Part shown: positions 8,331-17,089 of the stretch, one piece after another | How the letters are laid out: each line of letters starts with the position of its first letter | Numbering within the stretch: the first letter of the stretch is position 1 | Origin: Candidatus Woesearchaeota archaeon | GTDB taxonomy: Archaea > Nanobdellota > Nanobdellia > Woesearchaeales > UBA525 | Assembly: GCA_014874255.1 (NCBI GenBank) | Contig: JACWAN010000015.1 | Location: forward strand, 1-49,410 | DNA length: 49,410 nt | Reading direction: 5' to 3' | Position numbers and translations under genes: made by a program | The notes under the pieces: model-generated | What the model saw: the letters and a program-made list of their open reading frames with translations, nothing else | Database searches by the model: none | What the model was told of the DNA's origin: nothing

Positions 8331-8449
8331 ATCATGGCCGTCGCCTTGGAGCGAGACCCGGACGCGAGGATGGCCTGGAGGCCATGATCCTGAGCGCCCG
8401 ATAAAGTCTCGGACCGGAGGGAGAATAAGGTCTCCGCCGCGGCCATGAT
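8331..8449 (+). repeat. Family-B repeat, L module only
   Basis: Closing helix ATCATGGCCG / CGGCCATGAT. CCTTGGAGC..GAGCGCCCGATAAAGTCTCGGACCGGAGGGAG. Confidence 0.8.
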
Positions 8450-8488
8450 GCAAGATGACCTTTATCCTTCTCTGATCCCTCTTCCTAG

Positions 8489-8653
8489 GGCTCTTAGGCA
8501 AATGGTGTGTCGCCGGCCAGAGGGCGAGGCATGAGGAGAACACAGCAGAAGAGGTCGGGGGGTCGCCCCATACGGGGGTGACCGGAACGGCGGGGAACGA
8601 AGCGGTTGCCGAGCAGCCGGCGACACCGTCGGAGGCGAATTTGCCTAAGAGCC
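8489..8653 (+). mobile_element. Family-A MITE (165 bp)
   Basis: TIR GGCTCTTAGGCAAAT (8489-8503) and its inverse ATTTGCCTAAGAGCC (8639-8653). 9-bp TSD TCTTCCTAG at 8480-8488 and 8654-8662. Confidence 0.88.
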
Positions 8654-8698
8654 TCTTCCTAGGCAAACTTTAAAAACCCTGGAGTGGTGAAGGGTTGC

Positions 8699-8947
8699 AT
8701 GGAACGGAAGGCGATCATCATCCTCGTCGTGGCGGCGGTCGCGGTGCTCGCGCTCCTCGGCGCCTACACCGGCTGGGTCACCTACCATCAGACGGCGAGC
8801 GGCATCGTCGTCGGGGACAGCATCTCCATCCCGCAGTCGCAGGTCAAGGCGTGCTGCACGTTCACCGACCAGAACGGCAAGGAACGGACGTGCGGCGTCC
8901 TCGCGCAGTACAGCTGCGACTACTGCACGGAATTCTGCAAGAGCTGA
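8699..8947 (+). CDS. Small membrane-anchored/secreted Cys-rich protein (82 aa, 7 Cys in the last 35 aa)
   Basis: TM (AIIILVVAAVAVLALLGAY), then ..KACCTFTDQNGKERTCGVLAQYSCDYCTEFCKS. ATG 8699 lies about 25 nt from the TATA-like CTTTAAAAACC at 8668-8678. The ORF-track start is GTG 8684. Confidence 0.6.
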   Translation: MERKAIIILVVAAVAVLALLGAYTGWVTYHQTASGIVVGDSISIPQSQVKACCTFTDQNGKERTCGVLAQYSCDYCTEFCKS

Positions 8948-8984
8948 AGACCCCGCTGAAAGGCCCCGTCGTCGAGATAGTCCT

Positions 8985-9296
8985 TCATCCTTCGAGGATG
9001 CGCTGCGTCGCCTGCTCCTCGAGCTCCTTGATGCGATGGCGCACCTTCTGGACGAACCAGTACTTCGACTCCTCGCGGCGCACCAGCGCGAAGAGCTCCT
9101 CGTCGCCCAGCACGTCGAGGATCCACGCGGCGAAATCGTTCTTCTCGCCGTGGTCATGGTACTCGAAGATGTCGTCCGAGGTGTGCTCGATCCCGTCGAC
9201 GAGCTGGTAGAGGTTCATCGCGCGCGTCCCGTTGCAGAACCAGAACCCCTTGTCCGACGGGACGTCGTTCAGCGTCTTGGAGTACAAGCAGCCCAC
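8985..9296 (-). CDS. Conserved-looking hypothetical cytoplasmic protein
   Basis: 103-aa ORF with a GTG start. Motif FWFCNG..L..LVDGI....IFEYH....KNDFAAWI..VLGDEELF recalls an uncharacterised archaeal family, though I cannot name it with confidence. Confidence 0.5.
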   Translation of the reverse strand: MGCLYSKTLNDVPSDKGFWFCNGTRAMNLYQLVDGIEHTSDDIFEYHDHGEKNDFAAWILDVLGDEELFALVRREESKYWFVQKVRHRIKELEEQATQRILEG

Positions 9297-9403
9297 CTCT
9301 TTCCCAGCATCCGGTCGAACCGGCTATAAAAATGTATGCTCCACATTGTCACCATGCATCGTCATCATGCTCCGCCGCAGAGGAATTCTCGTCTTTTTCT
9401 CCT

Positions 9404-9542
9404 TCTCCGTCGCCGCCGCCACGGCCTAACAAATCTCCCTCCGGTCCGAGACTTTATCGGGCGCTCGGGATCATGGCCTCGCGAAAAACGCTCGTCCATC
9501 CTCGCGCCCGGGTCTTGTGCCAAGGTGGCTGCGGCGACGGAG
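9404..9542 (-). repeat. Family-B repeat, L module only
   Basis: Closing helix CTCCGTCGCCGC / GCGGCGACGGAG. The plus strand reads CTCCCTCCGGTCCGAGACTTTATCGGGCGCTC..GTGCCAAGG. Confidence 0.8.
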
Positions 9543-9592
9543 GGTTTGCCTTCGTCGGACGACCCTGCTGAGAAGCTCTCTCCGCAACCAGC

Positions 9593-9757
9593 GGCTCTTA
9601 GGCAAATGGAGTCGTCACCGGCCAGAGGGCGAGGCAAGCGAGGAAGGAGGGCAGAGCGCGACGGGGGGGCTGCCCCCTACGGGGAGGAGCGCTTTCGAGA
9701 GGAGAAGCGATTGCCGAGCAGCCGGTGACGACCACGAACGTGATTTGCCTAAGAGCC
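9593..9757 (+). mobile_element. Family-A MITE (165 bp)
   Basis: Same TIRs. 9-bp TSD GCAACCAGC at 9584-9592 and 9758-9766. Confidence 0.88.
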
Positions 9758-9771
9758 GCAACCAGCAGAAA

Positions 9772-9781
9772 CTATATAAAC
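9772..9781 (+). promoter_or_regulatory. TATA-like box (leaderless gene 9803)
   Basis: CTATATAAAC lies about 27 nt upstream of the ATG and 15 nt after the end of a family-A element. Confidence 0.55.
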
Positions 9782-9802
9782 TTCCCGTGGGTCGGCTGGC
9801 GC

Positions 9803-11641
9803 ATGGTGGTGGGCCTCGGCAGCGTGTTCCTCAACCCGGCAGGGCTAGCCACGGCGCTCGTCCTCATCCCGTTCCTGCTCCTCTACCTCATCAAGCCGAA
9901 GCCGCGCCACGAGACCGTGCCGAGCCTCCTCTTCGTCATGAAGGACCTCGGCAAGAGCAACATCAGCAGCTTCTTCCGCAGCTTCCTTCGCGACCTCCTC
10001 CTGCTCCTCCAGCTCCTCATCCTCCTGCTCCTCATCGGCGCGGCGGCCAAGCCGTTCATCAACGTGCCGCAGCGGTACCTGGCGGAGCAGACGGTGCTCG
10101 TCGTGGACGTCTCGGCGTCGATGCACGCGGACAACGACGGCCGGTTCAAGCAGGCGATCAGCCTCGCCAAGGAGAACATCGGCAAGGAGAACACGATCAT
10201 CCTCATCGACTCCTCGCCCTCGGTCCTGGCAGAACGCGTCTCCGGCAGCGCGGCGAAGAACGCCCTGGATGCGCTCCGGCCGACGGACACGACGACGGAC
10301 ATCTCGGACGCGCTCCAGCTCGCCAGGAGTTATGCGACGACCGGGAGCAGGGTCGTCGTCATCAGCGACTTCCTCCCCACGGCCGGCGACAAGGACTACA
10401 AGACCGTGGCGGACGCGCTCGAATCGACGGGAGCGATCGTGGACTACCTGCCCGTGACGGGCGGCTCCTCCAACGTCGGCATCATCGACCTCGCCGTCGG
10501 TCCCGTCACCTCGAGCGTCTGGCTCAAGAACACGAACGCCCGGCCCGCCCAGGTCACGCTGAAGATCAGCGACGCGGCGCAGCAGGTCCTCCTGGGGCCG
10601 GGCGAGACGAAGGAGATCACGTTCAACACGCCCCCTGGCGTCGCCAAGATCCAGATCGTGGAAGGCGACGACCTCCTCGCGGACAACACGGCATGGACGA
10701 GCGCCCCTGACAAGAACACGGTGAAGGCCCTCGTCATCACGAACAGCCAGGACGCGGTGCAGCGATCCAACCTGCTCCTCGCGCTCAACGTGATCAGCAA
10801 GAACTTCCCCATGACGTTCGACATCACATACGCGCAGCCGCCGAAGATCCCCTCCCTGGACGGGTACGACGTCTACATCGTCGACCAGGCGAACCTCGAC
10901 CTCATGCTGCCGGGCTACGTCCGCGACATCAAGGACAAGGTCTCCTCAGGAGCGGCGCTCATCGTCTTCGCGCAGCCCGCGCTCTTCTCCATGGACTGGC
11001 AGGGGCTCCTCCCCGTCACGCCGCAGCAGGACCTCGCCGGGAGCCGCTCCTCCGTGCTGCCCGCGACGGTCAGCTCGCTCACCCAGGACGTCGACTTCGG
11101 CCAGGTGAGCGCGTACACCCGCGTCCAGTCCGTCGCCGGCGCGACCGTCGTGGCGAAGACGGCCCAGGACCCGATCGTCGTCCTCGGCGCAATCGGCAAG
11201 GGCCACGTCCTCTACTACGGCATCGACGACACGCAGGGGAGCTTCAGCAGGGACCCGAGCTACCCGGTCTTCTGGCGCAGGGCCTTCGACCTCCTCACGA
11301 ACCGGCCGAGCCTCGAGAACCTGAACCTGCACACCGGCATGGTCCTCACCCTGCCGAGCGCCATCCCCGTCAAGACGCCCATCGGCACGGTCACCGCAGA
11401 CATCATCCCCCTCGACTACGCGGGGCTCTACACCCTGCCGGACCGGACGATCGCGGTCAACCTCCTCTCCGACGGCGAATCCCAGATAGCCTCGTCGGGG
11501 AACGTCACCGCGGCCGCGTCGAGCATGGACAGCAGCACCGCCTCGGAAGGGCCCCTCGACCTCTCGGACTACGTCCTCTGGCTCGCAATCGCGTTCCTCC
11601 TCATCGAGATCCTCTACCTCAAGTACCGGGGTGACCTATGA
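9803..11641 (+). CDS. BatA-like protein: N-terminal double-TM Bat domain plus vWA domain, C-terminal TM
   Basis: FLNPAGLATALVLIPFLLLYLIKPKPR (BatA_N-like). vWA MIDAS motif VLVVDVSASM. C-terminal TM. ATG 9803 chosen because the ORF-track start 9725 lies inside a repeat, and the TATA-like CTATATAAAC at 9772-9781 is about 27 nt upstream of 9803. Confidence 0.8.
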   Translation: MVVGLGSVFLNPAGLATALVLIPFLLLYLIKPKPRHETVPSLLFVMKDLGKSNISSFFRSFLRDLLLLLQLLILLLLIGAAAKPFINVPQRYLAEQTVLVVDVSASMHADNDGRFKQAISLAKENIGKENTIILIDSSPSVLAERVSGSAAKNALDALRPTDTTTDISDALQLARSYATTGSRVVVISDFLPTAGDKDYKTVADALESTGAIVDYLPVTGGSSNVGIIDLAVGPVTSSVWLKNTNARPAQVTLKISDAAQQVLLGPGETKEITFNTPPGVAKIQIVEGDDLLADNTAWTSAPDKNTVKALVITNSQDAVQRSNLLLALNVISKNFPMTFDITYAQPPKIPSLDGYDVYIVDQANLDLMLPGYVRDIKDKVSSGAALIVFAQPALFSMDWQGLLPVTPQQDLAGSRSSVLPATVSSLTQDVDFGQVSAYTRVQSVAGATVVAKTAQDPIVVLGAIGKGHVLYYGIDDTQGSFSRDPSYPVFWRRAFDLLTNRPSLENLNLHTGMVLTLPSAIPVKTPIGTVTADIIPLDYAGLYTLPDRTIAVNLLSDGESQIASSGNVTAAASSMDSSTASEGPLDLSDYVLWLAIAFLLIEILYLKYRGDL

Positions 11642-14166
11642 ACATCCCTCTCGTCGGCGACGTCCAGCTCCTCCATCCCACGGTGCTCTGGGGGATCGCC
11701 GTCGCGGCCGTCATCCTCTTCTTCCTCCTCACCCGCCAGTTCGTCCGGCTGCCGCTGCTGCCCGAAGAACGGCGGCGCGCCCGCAAGATGCGGGTCTGGC
11801 TCTTCGTCTCGCGGCTCCTCGTCATCGCCCTCGTCCTCCTCGCTTTGGCGCACCCGTACGTGGCGAAAGCGACCGAGACGTCCGGGAATCCGCGCGTCAC
11901 GCTCCTCGTCGACTCGAGCGCGAGCATGCAGGACCTCGACACGTCGTTTGCGGACGGCCTCGCCCAGACGCTCCAGAGCAGGGTGACGACGACGGTGCGC
12001 ACCATCTGCACGAACTCGACGAGCGACGTCGGGAGCGCGATCCTGCGCAACCTCGACCCGGGCGGCAACGTCCTCCTCGTCAGCGACGGCAACGTCAACT
12101 CGGGCGCGCAGCTCGGCGACGTGGCGTTCTACGCGACGACGATCAACGCCACGGTGAGCGCGATCAACCTCTCCGCCGCGAAGGAGGACGCCGCGATCGT
12201 CGTCACCGGCCCGTCGAAGGTCGTCGCGGACAGCGACTCGTCGTACGCGATCGTGGTCACCTCCACCGAGCCCGGCGCGACGGTGCACGTCCAGGTGGAC
12301 GTGGACGGCGTGCGCGCCCTGGACAAGGACGTGCTCCCCGGCACCTATCCCTTCACCGAGCGCTTCGCCCAGGGCGGCCACCGGATCGACGCGCGCATCA
12401 CGACGCCGGACGCGGTGCCGGCGAACGACGAGTTCTACAAGGAGGTCACTGTCCTGCCGAAGCCGAAGATCCTCCTCCTCACGCAGAAGAGCGACCCGCT
12501 CGAGCTGCTGCTGCGGCAGCTCTACGACGTGGACAAGCGCTCTGCGATGCCGACGGACCTCTCGCCCTACTACGCGATCGTCGCCGACGACGTGCCGGTC
12601 GAGACGTTCGGCAACGCGCAGGCGCTGAACGACTACCTCATCGACGCGGACGGCGGCTACTACGGCAACGGCCTCGTCCTCTTCGGCGGCCTCGACAGCT
12701 TCAACTACGGCGGCTACGCGGGCAGCCCGCTCGAGCCGTTCCTCCCGGTGCGGGTCGGCCAGGGGCAGCGGAACAAGGGCGCAGCCAACCTCGTCTTCGT
12801 CATCGACATCAGCGGCTCCTCCGCCGGCGGCACGAAGTACCAGGTGGTCAACGGCCAGCAGATAGCGTACAACGACACGCAGCCGACGCTGGACGTGATC
12901 AAGGCGCAGGTCGTCAACGCCATCCAGCAGCTCAAGATCGACAACCGCGTGGGCATCGTCGTCTTCGGCGCGCAACCCCGGGCCGGGCTGGACTCCGCGG
13001 AGGCGACGATCGAGGACTCGGTCAAGATCGTCGAGCCGCTCGATTTCCTCTACAACAACCGGAAGGACATCCTCGACAAGGTGCCCCGGCTCACCGGCGG
13101 CGGCCCCTCCGCGGCGGACGTCGCCCTCCAGGCGGCGATCAAGATGCTCCAGAACGCGCCGGGCGACAAGAACATCGTCTTCATGACGGACGGGCGGTTC
13201 TGCGCGGGCATCGGGGCGGAATGCGCGCCGTCCAAGCAATTGCTAGCGCTCGCCGCGAACGCGCACAAGCTCTACGGCATCAATTTCATGACGGTGGGCA
13301 TCGGCACCACGGACGACGCGCTCTTCCCGAAGAAGGTGGACGAGACCTTCCTCAAGTCGTTCGCCGCCGCGGGGGACGGCACGTACGACCGCGCCACGAA
13401 GCTCAACACGCTCCTCATCAAGTGGGGCGACCCGCAGGCGAAGCAGTTCGGCCAGGAGTTCACCCTGGTGCCGCTCAGCCTCACCCACTTCATCACCCAG
13501 GGCATCGAGCCGACCGCGGTGCTGAACGGCTACAACCAAGTCGTGCCGAAGGACACCGCCGACCTCCTCATCGCGGCGGACAGCGGGGACCCCGCGCTCA
13601 CCGTCTGGCAGTACGGCAACGGCCGCGTCGCCACGTGGACGGTCTTCGCCGGCGACAGCCTCGGCCAGCTCCTCAACGACCAGAATTCCCTCCTCATCTC
13701 GCGCACCATCAACTGGGCGATCGGCGACCCGCAACGGAAAGAGCCGTACTACGTCGATATCCCCGACACGCGGACCGACCAGCCGGGCACGATCACGGTG
13801 CAGAGCAAGACGCCGGTGAGCGGCGAAGGCCTCTCCTTCTCCAAGGACGGCGACACGTACACCGCGACGTTCCAGCCCGCCGCGCCCGGCTTCGCCACAA
13901 TCCTCGGCCAGGAGTACGCGGTGAACCGGCCGAGCGAGCTCGACACGGTCGGGATGAACCCCCTCCTCGACAGCGCGGTCGAGGCGACGGGCGGAAAAAT
14001 ATTTAAACCGTCGGACAGCGATGCGATCGTCGAGTTCATCAAGCAGGCGTCCCGCAAGGTGACGGTGGAACGCAAGGACGTCTCTGCCTACTTCCTCGTC
14101 GCCGCGATGCTCCTCCTGCTCATCGAGATTGCCGTCCGCCGCATCACGGAGCGGCGGCGCAGGTAG
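11638..14166 (+). CDS. BatB-like protein with two vWA domains, N- and C-terminal TMs
   Basis: ATGA start/stop overlap with the upstream gene. N-terminal Bat-like TMs, VTLLVDSSASM and LVFVIDISGSS MIDAS-like motifs, C-terminal TM (YFLVAAMLLLLIEIAV). Confidence 0.8.
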   Translation: MNIPLVGDVQLLHPTVLWGIAVAAVILFFLLTRQFVRLPLLPEERRRARKMRVWLFVSRLLVIALVLLALAHPYVAKATETSGNPRVTLLVDSSASMQDLDTSFADGLAQTLQSRVTTTVRTICTNSTSDVGSAILRNLDPGGNVLLVSDGNVNSGAQLGDVAFYATTINATVSAINLSAAKEDAAIVVTGPSKVVADSDSSYAIVVTSTEPGATVHVQVDVDGVRALDKDVLPGTYPFTERFAQGGHRIDARITTPDAVPANDEFYKEVTVLPKPKILLLTQKSDPLELLLRQLYDVDKRSAMPTDLSPYYAIVADDVPVETFGNAQALNDYLIDADGGYYGNGLVLFGGLDSFNYGGYAGSPLEPFLPVRVGQGQRNKGAANLVFVIDISGSSAGGTKYQVVNGQQIAYNDTQPTLDVIKAQVVNAIQQLKIDNRVGIVVFGAQPRAGLDSAEATIEDSVKIVEPLDFLYNNRKDILDKVPRLTGGGPSAADVALQAAIKMLQNAPGDKNIVFMTDGRFCAGIGAECAPSKQLLALAANAHKLYGINFMTVGIGTTDDALFPKKVDETFLKSFAAAGDGTYDRATKLNTLLIKWGDPQAKQFGQEFTLVPLSLTHFITQGIEPTAVLNGYNQVVPKDTADLLIAADSGDPALTVWQYGNGRVATWTVFAGDSLGQLLNDQNSLLISRTINWAIGDPQRKEPYYVDIPDTRTDQPGTITVQSKTPVSGEGLSFSKDGDTYTATFQPAAPGFATILGQEYAVNRPSELDTVGMNPLLDSAVEATGGKIFKPSDSDAIVEFIKQASRKVTVERKDVSAYFLVAAMLLLLIEIAVRRITERRRR

Positions 14167-14239
14167 ATGCGGGCCGCATGAGGCGCGGATGCGCCAGGCA
14201 CAGGCACGCAATGCGCAGGACGCGCACAATGGTGGAACA

Positions 14240-14728
14240 ATGGGCTTCCTCGGAAAGAACATCAACATCGCGCTCGTCGTACTGGTGCTCCTCGTCGTGC
14301 TGGCTGTGGTCGGCGTGACAGTCTTCTACCAGCGCGGCCTCACCCAGCGGACGACGCAGTACGAGACGACGAGCGGCAACCTCTCCCAGTGCCAGACCGA
14401 GCTCCAGAACTACAAGGACACCCTCGTGCAGACGAACACGCAGCTCAACGAGACGAGCCAGGACATCCAGAAGTACGACACGCTCTACGGCCAGAAGGTC
14501 TCCGAGCTGAACCAGACGAACGCGCAGCTCCAGACCACGCAGCAGCAGCTCACCGCGATGACGCTCCAGAAGGAGCAGTACAAGACGCTCTACGGCCAAG
14601 CCCTCGTCAACATCTCCAACCAGCAGGCGACGATCGCCTCGCAGCAGAGCACGATCACCGCGCAGAACAGCCAGATATCGGACCTCCAGTCCGAGCTCTA
14701 CTCCTGCCAGCACCAGCCGTCCTCATAG
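14240..14728 (+). CDS. Membrane-anchored Gln/Thr/Asn-rich coiled-coil protein
   Basis: Start chosen at MGFLGKNINIALVVLVLLVVLAVVGVTVF (TM), followed by a heptad-like Q/T/N-rich sequence. Lies in the Bat/MoxR cluster. Confidence 0.6.
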   Translation: MGFLGKNINIALVVLVLLVVLAVVGVTVFYQRGLTQRTTQYETTSGNLSQCQTELQNYKDTLVQTNTQLNETSQDIQKYDTLYGQKVSELNQTNAQLQTTQQQLTAMTLQKEQYKTLYGQALVNISNQQATIASQQSTITAQNSQISDLQSELYSCQHQPSS

Positions 14729-14802
14729 GCCCGTCAAGCACACCGAGATCCGCCGAGCACGCCGCCGAGCACACGGCCCTCGCCCACCCATAGGAATCCC
14801 AC

Positions 14803-15591
14803 ATGGCAGCCATCAACGCGCTCCTGAACGAACTCCGCTTCGAGACGCTCAAGGTAGCCGTGCTCAGCGCGTTCCTCGACGCCACCGTCCTCTTCCTGGG
14901 ACTGCTGCTCGTGCTGAGCATCTTCTCCATGGGGATCGTCATCCCCCTCATCGCGGCGATCGCCTTCTTCGCCCTCGACGTCTGGCGGCAGATGCGCAAG
15001 GTGTCGTTCCGCTACATCGAGGACCGGAACCCCAACGTCCGGGAGATGCTCCGCACCGCGGCGGACAACCGCGACGCGGACAGCCTCATGGCGCACGCCC
15101 TCTTCGCCGAGCTGGTCGGGAAGATGCGCGAGGTGAGCGGCGGCACGCTCCTCGACTTCCGGAAGATGCTGCTCCGCCTCGGCGCGATCTTCGTGCTCAG
15201 CCTCGTCCTCGTCTCGCTCGCGTTCTTCAACGTGAACATCCAGAAGTTCGAGAACCCCCTGGCAGGCGTCGGGGACAAGCTGTCCTCGTACTGGAACGGC
15301 CTCATCGGCAACCCGAACGCGACCGACTCGAACGTCACGCTCGCGGACAGCTCGCTCTACGGCGACCCGTCCATGGCGCAGCTCGGCAGCCAGGCCCTCG
15401 ACATCAAGCTCCAGCAGAACCTCAACCAGATCGATTTCAACACGGTCAGCGCGGCCGACCAGCAGTCCGGCTCGCTCGACAGCTACCCCGTCAACGTCTC
15501 CGCGCAGGCGAGCGCGGCCTACACGGGCGGCCTCTCCGACGTGAACGACCGGAAGACCGCCTCCGAGTACTCCCAGCAGATCAAGCAATGA
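14803..15591 (+). CDS. Polytopic membrane protein of the Bat/MoxR cluster
   Basis: Three or four hydrophobic segments. Same strand and context as the vWA/MoxR genes. No family recognised. Confidence 0.6.
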   Translation: MAAINALLNELRFETLKVAVLSAFLDATVLFLGLLLVLSIFSMGIVIPLIAAIAFFALDVWRQMRKVSFRYIEDRNPNVREMLRTAADNRDADSLMAHALFAELVGKMREVSGGTLLDFRKMLLRLGAIFVLSLVLVSLAFFNVNIQKFENPLAGVGDKLSSYWNGLIGNPNATDSNVTLADSSLYGDPSMAQLGSQALDIKLQQNLNQIDFNTVSAADQQSGSLDSYPVNVSAQASAAYTGGLSDVNDRKTASEYSQQIKQ

Positions 15592-15693
15592 GCAGGAAGG
15601 AACACCGTCACAATCATCCTCACAGGCATCATTCCCGTCATCAACGCATCCATCGTTTAAGCGTCCGGTCAACGTTCATCATTCCGACCATCC

Positions 15694-15833
15694 GTCGTCA
15701 TCGCCGCCGACCGGTTCTCGGACCGGAGGGAGGTTCCGGCTCTGTAGCGGCGGAACCCAGGAACCATGAGTCATACGAGCGGGTCAGGAGCTCGGAGAGC
15801 GACTGAGAGCGATTTCGCCGCAGCGATGACGAC
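15694..15833 (+). repeat. Family-B repeat, truncated L plus one R module
   Basis: Closing helix GTCGTCATCGC / GCGATGACGAC. CTCGGACCGGAGGGAGGTTCCGGCTCTGTAGCGGCGGAACCCAGGAACC..CGAGCGGGTCAGGAGCTCGGAGAGCGACTGAG. Confidence 0.8.
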
Positions 15834-15928
15834 TGCACGGAGAAAAGGACAAACTTTGAAAAGGGCGCCCGAGAACCGGGAAGGAAGCAACGAACGCGTT
15901 CCAGAAACGCTCATGAGGTGATCATCCG

Positions 15929-16879
15929 ATGGCTGATGCGGTGAAGAACATCGACAAGCTGAAGGCGACCTTCAGCAATGTGACCAGCGAGATCGCGAAG
16001 AAGATCGTCGGGCAGGACGAGGTGATGGAGCAGATGCTCGTCGCCATCCTCTGCGACGCGAACGCGCTCCTCGAATCCTACCCCGGCCTGGGGAAGACGA
16101 GCATGGTGAAGGCCGTCGCGGAAGTCTTGGGGCTCAAGTTCGCCCGCATCCAAGGGACTCCGGACCTCATGCCGAGCGACATCATCGGTACGTACGTCAT
16201 CGAGGAGAAGGACGGGAAGAAGATCTTCAAGTTCCAGAAGGGCCCGATCTTCGCGAACATCGTCCTGATGGACGAGATCAACCGCGCCACGCCGAAGACG
16301 CAGGCCGCCCTCCTGGAGAGCATGCAGGAGAAGCAGGTCACCGTGGGCAACCAGACCTTCCCGCTCGATCTCCCGTTCTTCGTCCTGGCGACGCAGAACC
16401 CAATCGATCAGGAGGGCACGTACCCCCTGCCTGAGGCGCAGACCGACCGTTTCCTCCTGAAGATCCTGGTGCGCTACCCCACGATGGAGGAGGAGCTCGA
16501 GATCGTCGACCGCTATACGCGGCCGCTCGAGGAGAACGAGGCGCTCAAGACGCTCCTCTCCGGCGAGAGCCTCAAGCTGCTCCAGCGGCTCACGCGCCAG
16601 GTGCCGATCGCGAACGACATCAAGAAGAGGGCGGTCGAGATCGTGGCGAAGACGAGGAATATGCCCGACCTGATCGAGTTCGGCGCCTCCCCGCGTGCCA
16701 GCCTCGGCATCATCCTCGCCGCCAAGGCGAAGGCGCTGATCGACGGCCGGAAGTACGTCTCGCTCAAGGACATCGAGGAGATGGCCTTCCCCGTGCTGCG
16801 GCACAGGATCGTCCTCAGCTTCAAGGCGGAGCGCGAGGGCAAGACCCCCGACGACGTGGTCCGCGACCTGCTGAAGTAG
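15929..16879 (+). CDS. moxR: MoxR-family AAA+ ATPase
   Basis: IVGQDEVMEQMLVAILCDANALLESYPGLGKTSMV (Walker A), VLMDEINRA (Walker B), ATQNP. GAGGTGA lies 7 nt upstream of the ATG. Confidence 0.92.
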   Translation: MADAVKNIDKLKATFSNVTSEIAKKIVGQDEVMEQMLVAILCDANALLESYPGLGKTSMVKAVAEVLGLKFARIQGTPDLMPSDIIGTYVIEEKDGKKIFKFQKGPIFANIVLMDEINRATPKTQAALLESMQEKQVTVGNQTFPLDLPFFVLATQNPIDQEGTYPLPEAQTDRFLLKILVRYPTMEEELEIVDRYTRPLEENEALKTLLSGESLKLLQRLTRQVPIANDIKKRAVEIVAKTRNMPDLIEFGASPRASLGIILAAKAKALIDGRKYVSLKDIEEMAFPVLRHRIVLSFKAEREGKTPDDVVRDLLK

Positions 16880-16906
16880 GGCCTGTCCGTTGACACGGGC
16901 ATTTTT

Positions 16907-16955
16907 CGTTTCCCGTCCAACTCGTTTCCCGTCCAACGTTTATTCCCGTTCAACC
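16907..16955. repeat. 16-bp tandem repeat x3 downstream of moxR
   Basis: CGTTTCCCGTCCAACT, CGTTTCCCGTCCAACG, TTTATTCCCGTTCAACC. Preceded by hairpin GCCTGT..ACGGGC plus ATTTTT. Confidence 0.7.
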
Positions 16956-17089
16956 TTTACTCGTTCGTAGCTGCACGGGCCTGGGCGCGTCTCGCGACGC
17001 GACAATCCCCCCGCGCACAGCGCGGCCCTATCCCGCGCAGAAGAAACTAATGAGACGTCAAGTCAAGAAACACCCGGCGTGCAAGGCAT

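Noticed and set aside
8380-8425. Possible twister-like ribozyme. The block GAGCGCCCGATAAAGTCTCGGACCGGAGGGAG superficially recalls, from memory, the AAGC-CCGG-AUAAAAG-GGAGGG 3' half of twister.
   Set aside because: I cannot place a 5' half, a cleavage site or the pseudoknots. The AUAAAG segment is not conserved among copies (GGCAAAG, ACAAAG, ACAGAAT). The idea is not claimed. A covariance-model scan with the Rfam self-cleaving ribozyme models would settle it.
11614-13239. Very long antisense or off-frame ORFs, for example 11614..13239(-), 32202..35048(-), 6765..8129(-), 46938..48638(-), 18106..20028(+), 26170..27495(+) and 38928..40469(-).
   Set aside because: These are typical high-GC shadow ORFs. 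They have Arg/Ala/Gly/Asp/Glu-rich low-complexity translations, no start-codon context, and they fully overlap genes with strong motif support on the other strand or frame.
15800-15835. C/D-box sRNA interpretation of the CTGA and GATGA strings in family-B ends (for example GACTGAG ... GCGATGACGAC).
   Set aside because: The order and spacing are wrong for C/D and C'/D' boxes, and the strings are parts of helices that vary between copies.
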